A stretch of DNA of 62,878 bases, counting the filler. It is 6 parts of 6 records of this genome, joined end to end, with 100 filler letters (N's around TTAATTAATTAA, not from the genome) between each part and the next. Parts side by side here need not be neighbours in the genome. Positions count along the whole stretch, not along the records: positions 31,808 to 36,956 come from SRR31156797_18361; positions 37,057 to 44,967 come from SRR31156797_18391; 4 more parts are not named here. One strand, written 5' to 3'. The notes below the pieces were generated by a model that ran no database searches, was not told the DNA's origin, and saw only the letters and a list, made by a program, of their open reading frames with translations. The translations under genes and the position numbers were made by a program. This document shows, piece by piece, positions 31,834 through 40,933 of this stretch (its first letter is position 1; the number at the start of each line of letters is the position of its first letter).

Positions 31834-31970
31834 TAGACGTTTTATGGAATAGATAAGTTTTAGAAAATTTGAGTTAAATATTTGATTCCCGGGAAGTTTG
31901 AAAAAAAGCCGACCACGGAACGATGGTGAATTTTGCTCAAATTCACCGGATTCGAAAGGAGAACTATGTC

Positions 31971-33266
31971 ATGACCTGGCGGGAATATTACGAGTCGCGC
32001 TGCGTATCTCTTGAAGAAGCAGCCGGGATTGTCAAATCCGGGGACCGTGTTGTGGCCGCTCACGCCTGCGGTTCGCCGGAACCTATACTTGAAGCACTGG
32101 TGGAAAGGAGTTCGGAACTGGAATCCGTGGAAATCGTCCACATGGTTTCCATGGGGCGCAGCCCTTACTGTTTGCCTGAACATTCAAAAGCTTTTCGTCA
32201 TAATTCGCTTTTTGCCGGCGGAAACACCAGGGAGCCGATTTTTTCAAACCGGGCCGACTACACTCCCTGTTTTTTCAGTGAAATACCCGGCCTGTTCCGA
32301 AACGGAACCCTGCCGGTGGATGTAACCGTTGTTACCGTTTCCCCGCCGGACAAGCAGGGAAATGTTTCCCTGGGCATATCCGTGGATTATACGCGGGAAG
32401 CGGTTTTAAGCGCGAAAACGGTTATCGCCGAAGTTACGCCCCACATGCCCAGAACATCGGGGAATTCATTCATTCACGTCTCGCAGATTGATTATTTCGT
32501 GCCGAGCGATCGGACCATGATCGAGTTGAGTCCGCCTAAAATCGGGGAAATAGAAAAGGCCATCGGCTCACATTCCGCCGAACTGATCGAGGACGGCGAC
32601 TGCTTACAACTCGGCATCGGCGCCATCCCGGACGCTGTTTTGACCTTCCTTAAGGATAAAAAAGACCTGGGCATCCATTCGGAAATGATCTCGGACGGAG
32701 TAATGGATCTTGTTGAAGCGGGCGTTGTCACCTGCCGCCGTAAAAATATGCACAACTCCAAGATCATTATTACCTTTGCCATGGGTTCCAAGAAATTCTA
32801 CGACTGGCTTTCCGACAACTCCATGATCGAAATGCACACAGTGGATTATACCAACGATCCATTTATCATCGCCCAGAACGATAACATGGTTTCCATTAAT
32901 TCAACCCTGGCCGTCGACCTGCTGGGACAGGCCGCTTCCGACGCCATGGGACCCAGACAATACAGCGGAGTCGGCGGGCAAGTGGATTTCGTCCGGGGCG
33001 CAGCCAGGTCTAAAAACGGCCGCAGCATAATCGCTATGCCGGCCACGGCCAAAAAAGGCGAATTGTCCCGTATCGTCCTTTCCCTGGACAAGGGACAGGC
33101 CGTCACCACATCCCGCAACGATATTGATTACGTTGTCACAGAGTTTGGAATAGCCGGCCTGAAAGGCAAGACTGTCCGCGACCGGGCTCGGGCCTTGATT
33201 GATATAGCCCACCCGAAATTCAAGGAGCAATTAATGTCGGAAGGCCGGGAATTGTACGGCTTATAA
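31971..33266 (+). CDS. Acetyl-CoA hydrolase/transferase family CoA-transferase (4-hydroxybutyrate CoA-transferase-like)
   Basis: LQLGIGAIPDA, DLGIHSEM, SGVGGQVDFVRGA, VVTEFG; AAGGAG RBS. Confidence 0.92.
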   Translation: MTWREYYESRCVSLEEAAGIVKSGDRVVAAHACGSPEPILEALVERSSELESVEIVHMVSMGRSPYCLPEHSKAFRHNSLFAGGNTREPIFSNRADYTPCFFSEIPGLFRNGTLPVDVTVVTVSPPDKQGNVSLGISVDYTREAVLSAKTVIAEVTPHMPRTSGNSFIHVSQIDYFVPSDRTMIELSPPKIGEIEKAIGSHSAELIEDGDCLQLGIGAIPDAVLTFLKDKKDLGIHSEMISDGVMDLVEAGVVTCRRKNMHNSKIIITFAMGSKKFYDWLSDNSMIEMHTVDYTNDPFIIAQNDNMVSINSTLAVDLLGQAASDAMGPRQYSGVGGQVDFVRGAARSKNGRSIIAMPATAKKGELSRIVLSLDKGQAVTTSRNDIDYVVTEFGIAGLKGKTVRDRARALIDIAHPKFKEQLMSEGRELYGL

Positions 33267-33309
33267 AACTTTTTCACAACATGCAGATTAAAAAAGGAGG
33301 ATTTTCATC

Positions 33310-34086
33310 ATGAAACTGTATTTCTTTGAAGCAGGCGTCCTTAAAAGCGAGAAACAGTATTTCACCATGGGCGTGGATGTCGGCAAGCCCTTTGACGTCC
33401 CCGTACCGTTTCTGTTGATCGATCATCCCCAGGGAGTGGTCATGTTCGATACGGGCAACGCCCTGGAAGTCGTCAACAACAAGCAGGAACACTGGGGCGA
33501 CGTGGTCGCCGCATACAATCCTGTTATGAGCGAAGAACAATGGTGTGTTAACGCCATTCAAAAAGTCGGTTACAAGCCGGAAGACGTGAAGTTTGTCATC
33601 CAGTCTCACCTGCATTTGGACCACGCCGGCGGCGTCGGACAATTCCCCAATGCAAAATACGTTGTGCAAAGGGATGAGTTGCATTTTGCATATGTGCCCG
33701 ATTTCTACATGAAAGGTGCATACATTCGCAAGGATTTCGACAAGCCGGTCGACTGGATGATTTTGAACGGCTGGCGGGATGACAAGTTCGACCTGTTCGG
33801 CGACGGAAGCATCATCATTTATTTTACGCCGGGTCACACTCCAGGGCACCAGTCCATCCTGGTCAATCTGCCCAAAACCGGCCCCATGTTTTTTGCGGCT
33901 GATTCATGCTACACCGAGGAAAACCTGAATAACGTTCTGCCTGGCCTGGTCTGCAACCCCACGGAAGCGGTCAAAACCCTGGAACGCATCAAGTACCTGC
34001 GAGACGTGCAAGGCGCCAAGATTGTAACCGGCCACGATCCCGAAGCATGGAAAAGCTATAAGCAGGCCCCGGAATACTATGAATAA
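33310..34086 (+). CDS. N-acyl homoserine lactonase family metallo-beta-lactamase (AttM/AiiB-like)
   Basis: VPVPFLLIDHP, DTG, SHLHLDHAG, PGHTPGHQS, ADSCY, GHD. Confidence 0.9.
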   Translation: MKLYFFEAGVLKSEKQYFTMGVDVGKPFDVPVPFLLIDHPQGVVMFDTGNALEVVNNKQEHWGDVVAAYNPVMSEEQWCVNAIQKVGYKPEDVKFVIQSHLHLDHAGGVGQFPNAKYVVQRDELHFAYVPDFYMKGAYIRKDFDKPVDWMILNGWRDDKFDLFGDGSIIIYFTPGHTPGHQSILVNLPKTGPMFFAADSCYTEENLNNVLPGLVCNPTEAVKTLERIKYLRDVQGAKIVTGHDPEAWKSYKQAPEYYE

Positions 34087-34122
34087 GCTTTAGAAACAAC
34101 AAGGCATAGCTGTCTGACTATT

Positions 34123-34155
34123 GCGGCGCCCCCCATGTGGGCGCCGTTCTTTTAT
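34123..34155 (+). terminator. Intrinsic terminator after lactonase
   Basis: CGGCGCCC-N7-GGGCGCCG-TTCTTTT. Confidence 0.7.
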
Positions 34156-34270
34156 CCTCCAGCCCCATGTCGGCCTTCCTTACAACTTCCTTTGCCTTTG
34201 ATAATTCTCCCGCCGTTTTACAGCCTAATAATTGCGCCTTTGAGCAAGTACCTCTAAAAACCAAATGATG

Positions 34271-34300
34271 TTGACAGCCAAGAATTCCGTCGACTATCAT
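34271..34300 (+). promoter_or_regulatory. Candidate sigma70 promoter of rSAM operon
   Basis: TTGACA-N18-TATCAT. Confidence 0.4.
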
Positions 34301-34432
34301 GATTGTGTGGAAATATCTGGTCTATAACCGTGCTTAAATAAGCATATATTTTGCCTGACATGCAGGCGGACGACGCCGTCAGCCGAGAAAAATCATCTGC
34401 CGGGGAAACCGGATTTATTCGGTTTAATTGGA

Positions 34433-35821
34433 ATGCTGCTGAAAAACGAAATGAACCGCGCCAGTGAAGCAGTTGACTGCCATGTTATCCCTTATGAGGA
34501 TAAATACGTTATATATCAGCCTCTGAAAAAACTGGCCTTTATAACAAACGCAGGCATGGTCAACCTAATTCAAAGATGTATTGAACAACCTGATATCGAC
34601 CCGGAAACGAAAAGCTCGGACGCTTGGAAGTTTCTCGATGATATCGGCTTTTTCGAACCGGACCCGGAAGCCCCGCCTGAACCGGATCCCATGGAAAACT
34701 TCAAGCCTGACGTTGCGGTCCTTTTCCTGACGACGCGATGCAATTTTCGTTGCGTCTATTGCTATGCATCCGCCGGAGAAGCGGAATTTGAAAGCCTGCC
34801 GCTGGAAAAGGGTTGTCTGGCGATAGATAACGTATGCGAAAATGCTGTTGAACAGGGAAAAGACCGATTCACTCTGGCCTTTCACGGTGGAGGCGAGCCG
34901 TCCCTGGAATATAATAATATAAAACAACTTGTGGACTATGCCAGCAAGAAAGACATTCCTTGTTTTACCAATCTTACTACTAATGGCTATTGGTCCGACG
35001 GCCGCAGGGATTGGTTTTTTCAAAACATAAATGAATTCAGCATGTCTTTTGACGGGCTCCGGGAAATACAGGACCGGCAAAGGCCGCTGGCTTCGGGCCG
35101 GGGAAGCTACGCCGGGGTCATGGATACGATAAAAGCCATGGACGACCGGGCCATTACATACGGAATCCGACTCACGGTCATGGATGACGGGATTGATAAA
35201 TTGCCTGAAAATATCGATTTCCTCCGTCGGGAAACAGGCTGCTCCACCTTTCAGGTGGAACCGGCTTTCAACCACGGCCGCGCCCACGAAAACCATAATG
35301 CCCTGACCAACCAGGATCGCTTTATCAAAGCGTTTCTTAAAGCCTATGACATAGCTTACGAGGCGGATCGTCACATTTATTATTCCGGCGCCCGCCCCTG
35401 GGCCGTTACCAGCGTGTTTTGCCGGGCCCAGGAAAAAGCCCTGATTGTGGGGCCGGACGGGTTTTTAACCGCCTGTTACGAGGTCTATAGCACGGACCAT
35501 CCAATGGCGCCTCAATTCATCCTGGGCCGTCTTGGCGACGATGGGAAGGTTTTGATTGATCATGCGAAACGGGAAGCGTTATACCGGGATATTCAAAAAC
35601 GCCGGGAAACCTGCCGCAACTGCTTCTGTTATTGGCATTGCGCCGGAGATTGCCCTTCCAAGACCTTTCCCATCCAGGAAAGTGACGACCTGTGGAATAA
35701 TGAACGCTGTGATATGAACCGCGAGATTACCCTGGAACTGATTTTAAGGCGCATAGCAGATGGAAACGGCCTGTGGACGGGGGAACAGGAATCGATCTAT
35801 GTGGATTCGGAGCAATGTTGA
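34433..35821 (+). CDS. Radical SAM/SPASM domain protein with N-terminal RRE-like region
   Basis: CNFRCVYC, FHGGGEP, TTNG, SFDG; SPASM FC..GFLTAC..CRNCFCYWHCAGDCP..C. Confidence 0.92.
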   Translation: MLLKNEMNRASEAVDCHVIPYEDKYVIYQPLKKLAFITNAGMVNLIQRCIEQPDIDPETKSSDAWKFLDDIGFFEPDPEAPPEPDPMENFKPDVAVLFLTTRCNFRCVYCYASAGEAEFESLPLEKGCLAIDNVCENAVEQGKDRFTLAFHGGGEPSLEYNNIKQLVDYASKKDIPCFTNLTTNGYWSDGRRDWFFQNINEFSMSFDGLREIQDRQRPLASGRGSYAGVMDTIKAMDDRAITYGIRLTVMDDGIDKLPENIDFLRRETGCSTFQVEPAFNHGRAHENHNALTNQDRFIKAFLKAYDIAYEADRHIYYSGARPWAVTSVFCRAQEKALIVGPDGFLTACYEVYSTDHPMAPQFILGRLGDDGKVLIDHAKREALYRDIQKRRETCRNCFCYWHCAGDCPSKTFPIQESDDLWNNERCDMNREITLELILRRIADGNGLWTGEQESIYVDSEQC

Positions 35822-36288
35822 TCAGAAAGAGGAAAGCAAAAGAAACAAAGGATAAAAGCAGGGATTCCACTGTCGGGACCAGGCGATTTTTCTGTCGGAG
35901 TTTATTGTCTGAATCCGTCGGCCTGGCGGATGAGATGCGGGGAAAACCGCAAATGATTCTATGGGACATTCCGGACCTACATGATGATGCGGTTTCGATA
36001 ATGGTTCCGGTATTGTCGCCCGGCGATCATTACCGAATTGAAAACGGGCGGCTTTGGCTGCGGCAAGGTCAAGATCGTTCTTTTGTCGAAGTTCAGCAAT
36101 TCGACGACCGGCAGCTTTGGATAATTAACCGGTTTGACGGGACGCGCACCCTGGGAGAGATTACCCGGCTTTTTCATGAATATTTTAATGCGGATCGAGA
36201 AAAAGCATTCCGACAGATCAGGGCTTTCTTTGAAATCCTGGCCAGGCACTCAATCTGCCAACCTGCCGGCGTACACGAAGAGGATTGA
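35815..36288 (+). CDS. PqqD/RRE-like protein
   Basis: C-terminal WIINRFDGTRTLGEI...IRAFFEILARHSI winged-helix signature; overlaps both rSAM genes. Confidence 0.65.
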   Translation: MLIRKRKAKETKDKSRDSTVGTRRFFCRSLLSESVGLADEMRGKPQMILWDIPDLHDDAVSIMVPVLSPGDHYRIENGRLWLRQGQDRSFVEVQQFDDRQLWIINRFDGTRTLGEITRLFHEYFNADREKAFRQIRAFFEILARHSICQPAGVHEED

Positions 36289-36956
36289 TATTGGGCTATA
36301 GTTTCCCGGAAAAAATATTTGTTTTGCCCATTGGGGACAGGCGACTGATCCACAGTCCTTTGCAGCAAATTTCCGCTCTGGTCAATAACCGGGCGATAAT
36401 GGAATTGGAACAATGCGTCAACGGAGATCTTCATCGGGATAGCCTTCATGATTCTTTGAAGGATCTTTTCGATGCTCTTTTAGACATGGAAGCCAAGGCC
36501 CCCGGGAAAAGGAGAGGCGCTCTTGATCCTTTGTTTTTAAGTTTTGTCCCAACACGAGCCTGCAACATGTCATGCCGGTACTGCGATTTCGGATCGCGGT
36601 GGGCTTCGTGGCAAAAAATGGATTATTCTCTTGCCGTTGCAGTAGTCGATTCAATGGCGGAAAAATTAAAAAGTCTTGGCCATTCAAAGTTGGAAATTCA
36701 CTTTTTCGGAGGCGAGCCTCTTGTGGCCGCCGACCTTATCGATGTAGTCATTCACAGGGCCCGGGCCATTGCTCCGGATTACGGGTTGACAACCCATTTT
36801 GAAATATCCACCAACGGCGTTTGCGATGAAAAACGGGCCCGCTTTTTGGGCGACTATTTCGATGCCGTGGTGTTGTCCCTTGACGGCTTCAGGGAAACGC
36901 ACGACCTGCATCGACCGTTGCCGGGGGACAGGGGAAGTTTCGACCAAGTAATCCGA
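36285..36956 (+). CDS. Second radical SAM protein, 3'-truncated
   Basis: CNMSCRYC, HFFGGEP, STNG, SLDG..HD..R. Confidence 0.9.
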
Positions 36957-37056
36957 NNNNNNNNNNNNNNNNNNNNNNNNNNNNNNNNNNNNNNNNNNNN
37001 TTAATTAATTAANNNNNNNNNNNNNNNNNNNNNNNNNNNNNNNNNNNNNNNNNNNN
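36957..37056. other. Artificial contig linker
   Basis: N44-TTAATTAATTAA-N44. Confidence 0.99.
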
Positions 37057-37059
37057 TTA

Positions 37060-37200
37060 AAGTCAAATTGATTCTTTTTGACTTTGATCTAAAAAATATT
37101 TCAATCGGACTTTGTTCTGAAAAATAATGAACATGTTTTAAATTGTTTTTCTAAGGATGTATTTTTTTAAGTCAAATTGATTCTTTTTTTGAATTAAAAA
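37060..37200. repeat. AT-rich intergenic repeat unit
   Basis: AAGTCAAATTGATTCTTTTT at 37060 and 37169; related inverted copy at ~39990-40020 and AAGTCAAATT at 40090. Confidence 0.55.
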
Positions 37201-37375
37201 ATTCTCTGATAATGCGCGCTATTTATCTTAATACAAATATAACACTTAACCTAAGGTAAAAGTCAAGAAAATATGAAAAAGAGCTGAATAGAATTCAACT
37301 CTTCTTCATAATATATTACTCTAATTTCTTAAAAACGTTTGATTTTTCCCGAGAAATATAGAAAGGGGGCTAGTC

Positions 37376-38575
37376 TTAATAATACTGCACATTTGTAGGT
37401 ATAAAACTAAACTCATCAGGTGTACCGGTTGGTGCAATTATAATTACTTCATGATCATGCACTTTACAGATTAAACTCTCATGATTTACATCAAAAAAGT
37501 TTCTTGAAATAACCTCTGCTTTAATCCCATCTTTTTCAACAGAAATTTCATTTGATCGAAACATCATTTTATATCCACCATCTGAGACATCCGCTTTATA
37601 TCCAAGTTCACCAATATAACCCTTTTCAACCTCCACATCAATACTGTTTACAGGAAAGTTTGTTGTTATCTCCATTACAGTTGGATTTTTCGGATTGTTA
37701 TAAACTTCGCTTCGCTCACCTATTTGCACTAATTTCCCTTGATCCATTACACCTACATAATCACCGAAACTAAATGCAATATCAGGATCATTTATACTCA
37801 GAATGCAAGTCAATTCATTGCTTTGTATCAGGCGTTTGAGATATACTTTCATTTTATCTTTTATATGCTGATCTAACTGAGTCAAAGGCTCATCAAGAAG
37901 TAAAATGTCAACGTCTCTTACTTTCTCTCTTGCAATAGCAACTAATTGCTTCATACCAGCAGGTAACTCCTTAATTTTATTCAAAAGATATCGTGACTCA
38001 ATATTCATCTCTTCAGCTACCTGTTTTACAACTTTTTCTTTTTTTACATCTTTCATATGTAAAACATCCATTGGAAATCTTATGTTTTTCTTGGCATTCA
38101 TATTTGGAAACAAAGCATAATTCTCAAAAACAAATCCAACTTTTCTCTCTTTGGCTGCTAAACTGTTAAAATCTTTTGTTCCGTAAAATACACTTCCTGA
38201 AATCTCTTTTTTTAACCCTGCAATAACTCTCAACAATGATGTTTTTCCAGATCCTGACTTTCCAATAATTGATAAAGTCTTTCCTTTTGGCAATTCTAAA
38301 CTTATATTTCTTAGATGAAAGCTTCCTATATCCGCATTTAATTTATGTACTATGAATTTTGAGTCATCTTCATTAATGAAATTATCGTTTTCACTAAAAA
38401 ACAGTTCCTTTTGCCTATTTACAAATTCTAATACATCGCTATGTAATATTCTAACTGCACTACCTATTTTAAATCCTTTAAGCTCTCCTTTTTTAAGTAA
38501 GTTATGAACCATCTGAGTTGAAATTTTAAGATACTGAGCTACTTCCTTTACAGTATGCGCTCTATCATCTGACAT
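37376..38575 (-). CDS. Excisionase-type HTH fused to ABC ATPase domain
   Basis: TVKEVAQYLKIS..V..L..GELKGFKIG..VRI; GKSGSGKT; ILLLDEP; GGAGG RBS. Confidence 0.85.
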   Translation of the reverse strand: MSDDRAHTVKEVAQYLKISTQMVHNLLKKGELKGFKIGSAVRILHSDVLEFVNRQKELFFSENDNFINEDDSKFIVHKLNADIGSFHLRNISLELPKGKTLSIIGKSGSGKTSLLRVIAGLKKEISGSVFYGTKDFNSLAAKERKVGFVFENYALFPNMNAKKNIRFPMDVLHMKDVKKEKVVKQVAEEMNIESRYLLNKIKELPAGMKQLVAIAREKVRDVDILLLDEPLTQLDQHIKDKMKVYLKRLIQSNELTCILSINDPDIAFSFGDYVGVMDQGKLVQIGERSEVYNNPKNPTVMEITTNFPVNSIDVEVEKGYIGELGYKADVSDGGYKMMFRSNEISVEKDGIKAEVISRNFFDVNHESLICKVHDHEVIIIAPTGTPDEFSFIPTNVQYY

Positions 38576-38741
38576 CACTTCAAACACCTCCATATACTTC
38601 TGTTATATCTCATATATCTATATTGTACTTCATATTTAACTGTGTAAACAACAGCACACAAAATTTATTTTCTGAAAAACAAAATCTTACAACAAATAAA
38701 AAACTGATCCCTAAAGACCAGTTTTAATTTCCAACTCTTAT

Positions 38742-39542
38742 TTATTTAGACGCATATTCAGGATTTGCTGTTCTAATTAAATTTCCATAATTTATTTTTA
38801 ATTCTTCAAACGCTTTCAATACATGCAAAGGTATATTAACATTCGCAATATAGTTTTTCCCATTAGGTCCATAACCGTTAATATCATTAAGTAATCTAGG
38901 AATTTCACCCATTAATAAAGTAATATATCTATCTAAATCCCACATTCCCCAAATATTTGACGGCTCAATTAGTAACTTTTCATTTTTGACTACAACTTTA
39001 ACTTTATATGATGAAAAATTTATTATTTCAATATCAGAGCTTTGAATATACTTACGAAAACCAGCATCCATCCTACACTGCATAGTCGAATCCTGTACTA
39101 TAATAATATTACTTAGACAAAGATTATTTTCCCTTATAATCTCCAATGCATTTGTAACGTTATTTCCACAGTTAGTTGAATCACGCTCTATAAGAGCCTT
39201 TTCAATTCCATATCTTAATTTCAGATATTCTTTTATTACATCTGCTTCCATTTTTCCCTCAGTAAGCAATTCCGGATAAGCACTATGTACGGTTAAACGC
39301 AAACTCTCTGTTGTATGCCCTTCGCCACCTACAATCATAAAATGTTTTGCAATATTATTTAAAATAGCTTCTCCAACTACATCAAAGCCATATGGTATAC
39401 TTCCACCAAATAAAATCAACATATCTGCTTGTGAGATTTTATATTTCTCTTTTAGAGCATTTCTGGACAAAGAATCCAAATCTCTTTTTCCAAGAAAATC
39501 ACTTAATATATTAATGTTTTGTGCAATTCTATATAAGTCCAT
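38742..39542 (-). CDS. YdcF/DUF218 family protein
   Basis: LFGGS, VGGEGHTT, STNCGNN, QD..MQCR, GEIPRL..GYGP. Confidence 0.88.
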   Translation of the reverse strand: MDLYRIAQNINILSDFLGKRDLDSLSRNALKEKYKISQADMLILFGGSIPYGFDVVGEAILNNIAKHFMIVGGEGHTTESLRLTVHSAYPELLTEGKMEADVIKEYLKLRYGIEKALIERDSTNCGNNVTNALEIIRENNLCLSNIIIVQDSTMQCRMDAGFRKYIQSSDIEIINFSSYKVKVVVKNEKLLIEPSNIWGMWDLDRYITLLMGEIPRLLNDINGYGPNGKNYIANVNIPLHVLKAFEELKINYGNLIRTANPEYASK

Positions 39543-39799
39543 TCATAGGCCTCTTTTCATCTTTTTTATGAATTCCTGATACCTAATCATTATAACATAC
39601 GAATTATTTCAAAACAAAAACAAACAATTATGAATTACTAAATTTAAATATAATAAGCTTTTCAGATATTTTCAAAATTTGTTCATAAAAAAACTGATCC
39701 CAAAAGATCAGTTTTTTAGCATTCTCTCTAAACTTATGCTTTTCCTTGCTTCCTTCCAAGATAGCACTAGCAAGAATTTTTAAACTACAATATTTCACT

Positions 39800-39967
39800 C
39801 TACTCTTTATTTATCGCCCCAACCGGACATTTTTTTGCACATAAACCACAATCTACACATTTAGCTGTAACCTCATATGCCGGTTTCGACTCAACTATCG
39901 CTTTCACCGGACAGATTGACTCACAAAATCCACACTCTATACATTGATCTTTATCTATAATATGCAT
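39800..39967 (-). CDS. 2[4Fe-4S] clostridial-type ferredoxin, 55 aa (missing from ORF track)
   Basis: MHIIDKDQCIECGFCESICPVKAI...CVDCGLCAKKCPVGAINKE; AGGAG RBS. Confidence 0.92.
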   Translation of the reverse strand: MHIIDKDQCIECGFCESICPVKAIVESKPAYEVTAKCVDCGLCAKKCPVGAINKE

Positions 39968-40113
39968 CTTCTCAACTCCTATATATTATTTTTTAATTCA
40001 AAAAAGAACCAATTTTGAATTGCTCTAAAAAATATTCTCAGAACGTCTCAATCTGACTTTGATTAAAAAATCATTTAAAATTATTTTATAAGTCAAATTT
40101 ACTCTTGATTTTA

Positions 40114-40629
40114 CTATGATTTCTTTGTTGCTAATTCCGGTTGATCTTTTTTATCTACAGCTTTTTTTATTAATCCTGAACCGTGACCCATAGGACAAAC
40201 CTGACACCAACCTCTGGGTCTAGTAAATACTCCCATTACAACTCCAACAACAAACGATGAGAACATTAATCTCGTTATTCCAAATGCAATCTTTTTAATA
40301 TCTCCACCAGAGTGAACTAACATAAATACAAACATTCCACCCATTGCAGCAAGCAATATATTTTTAAACCAAGTGGTTCTCATGAACATCGGAACTGATT
40401 TATTTAATGATATTTTATCAAGGAATTTACCTAAAAACGATCCTCTGGGGCAATAGTGTGAACAATGAATTTTCCCGTGTCCTCTTAATGCATGAATCAT
40501 TGGCGCTGACATACAGATCAAACCTAATAATCCAAAATATACATTTACTATTGATAATAAAAAGAAACCAACTATTAATATCCATGACCATTCTTGATGT
40601 GATTTTTTCTTCAATAAAACTTTTCTCAT
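40114..40629 (-). CDS. Membrane 4Fe-4S binding protein
   Basis: CSHYCPRG and RGWCQVCPMG motifs with TM helices. Confidence 0.85.
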   Translation of the reverse strand: MRKVLLKKKSHQEWSWILIVGFFLLSIVNVYFGLLGLICMSAPMIHALRGHGKIHCSHYCPRGSFLGKFLDKISLNKSVPMFMRTTWFKNILLAAMGGMFVFMLVHSGGDIKKIAFGITRLMFSSFVVGVVMGVFTRPRGWCQVCPMGHGSGLIKKAVDKKDQPELATKKS

Positions 40630-40855
40630 TTTGACCTCCTGTAAATTAATTGAATAAGATCATCTCAAATTTAAATTAACTCTCTTTAAGTAATTATAAT
40701 TTTGAGTTATATTCAATTAACTTCTCTCAATTTTTATTTTATACATATGTTGTATCATACAAATATAATTTTGTCAAATAAATATGAAAAGTATGTAATT
40801 TTATATCTTGGTATGTTTTTATTTCGTTCTATTTCAGGATTAAAACATTTAATGA

Positions 40856-40884
40856 TTTACAATATTTGAACTAAATGGTAAAAT
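40856..40884 (+). promoter_or_regulatory. Candidate typA promoter
   Basis: TTTACA-N17-TAAAAT with TGn. Confidence 0.45.
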
Positions 40885-40933
40885 GCTTTGTAAAAAGCGA
40901 AAATAATAAATCTTAATGATAAAAGGAGCTAAA

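Noticed and set aside
34118-34300. 60-aa minus-strand ORF as RiPP precursor
   Set aside because: Antisense to the operon, spans the terminator and promoter, no RBS or core-like motif
34565-35374. 269-aa minus-strand ORF
   Set aside because: Antisense shadow of the rSAM gene, with no motifs
33310-35821. Lactonase as part of the rSAM cluster
   Set aside because: Separated by an intrinsic terminator, a 346-bp gap and a separate candidate promoter
37060-37200. Possible CRISPR array from 20-bp direct repeats
   Set aside because: Only two copies with an 89-bp gap, and no cas genes
38594-38640. ModE-like TATAT box upstream of the HTH-ATPase gene
   Set aside because: Only a partial match in very AT-rich DNA; not distinguishable from chance
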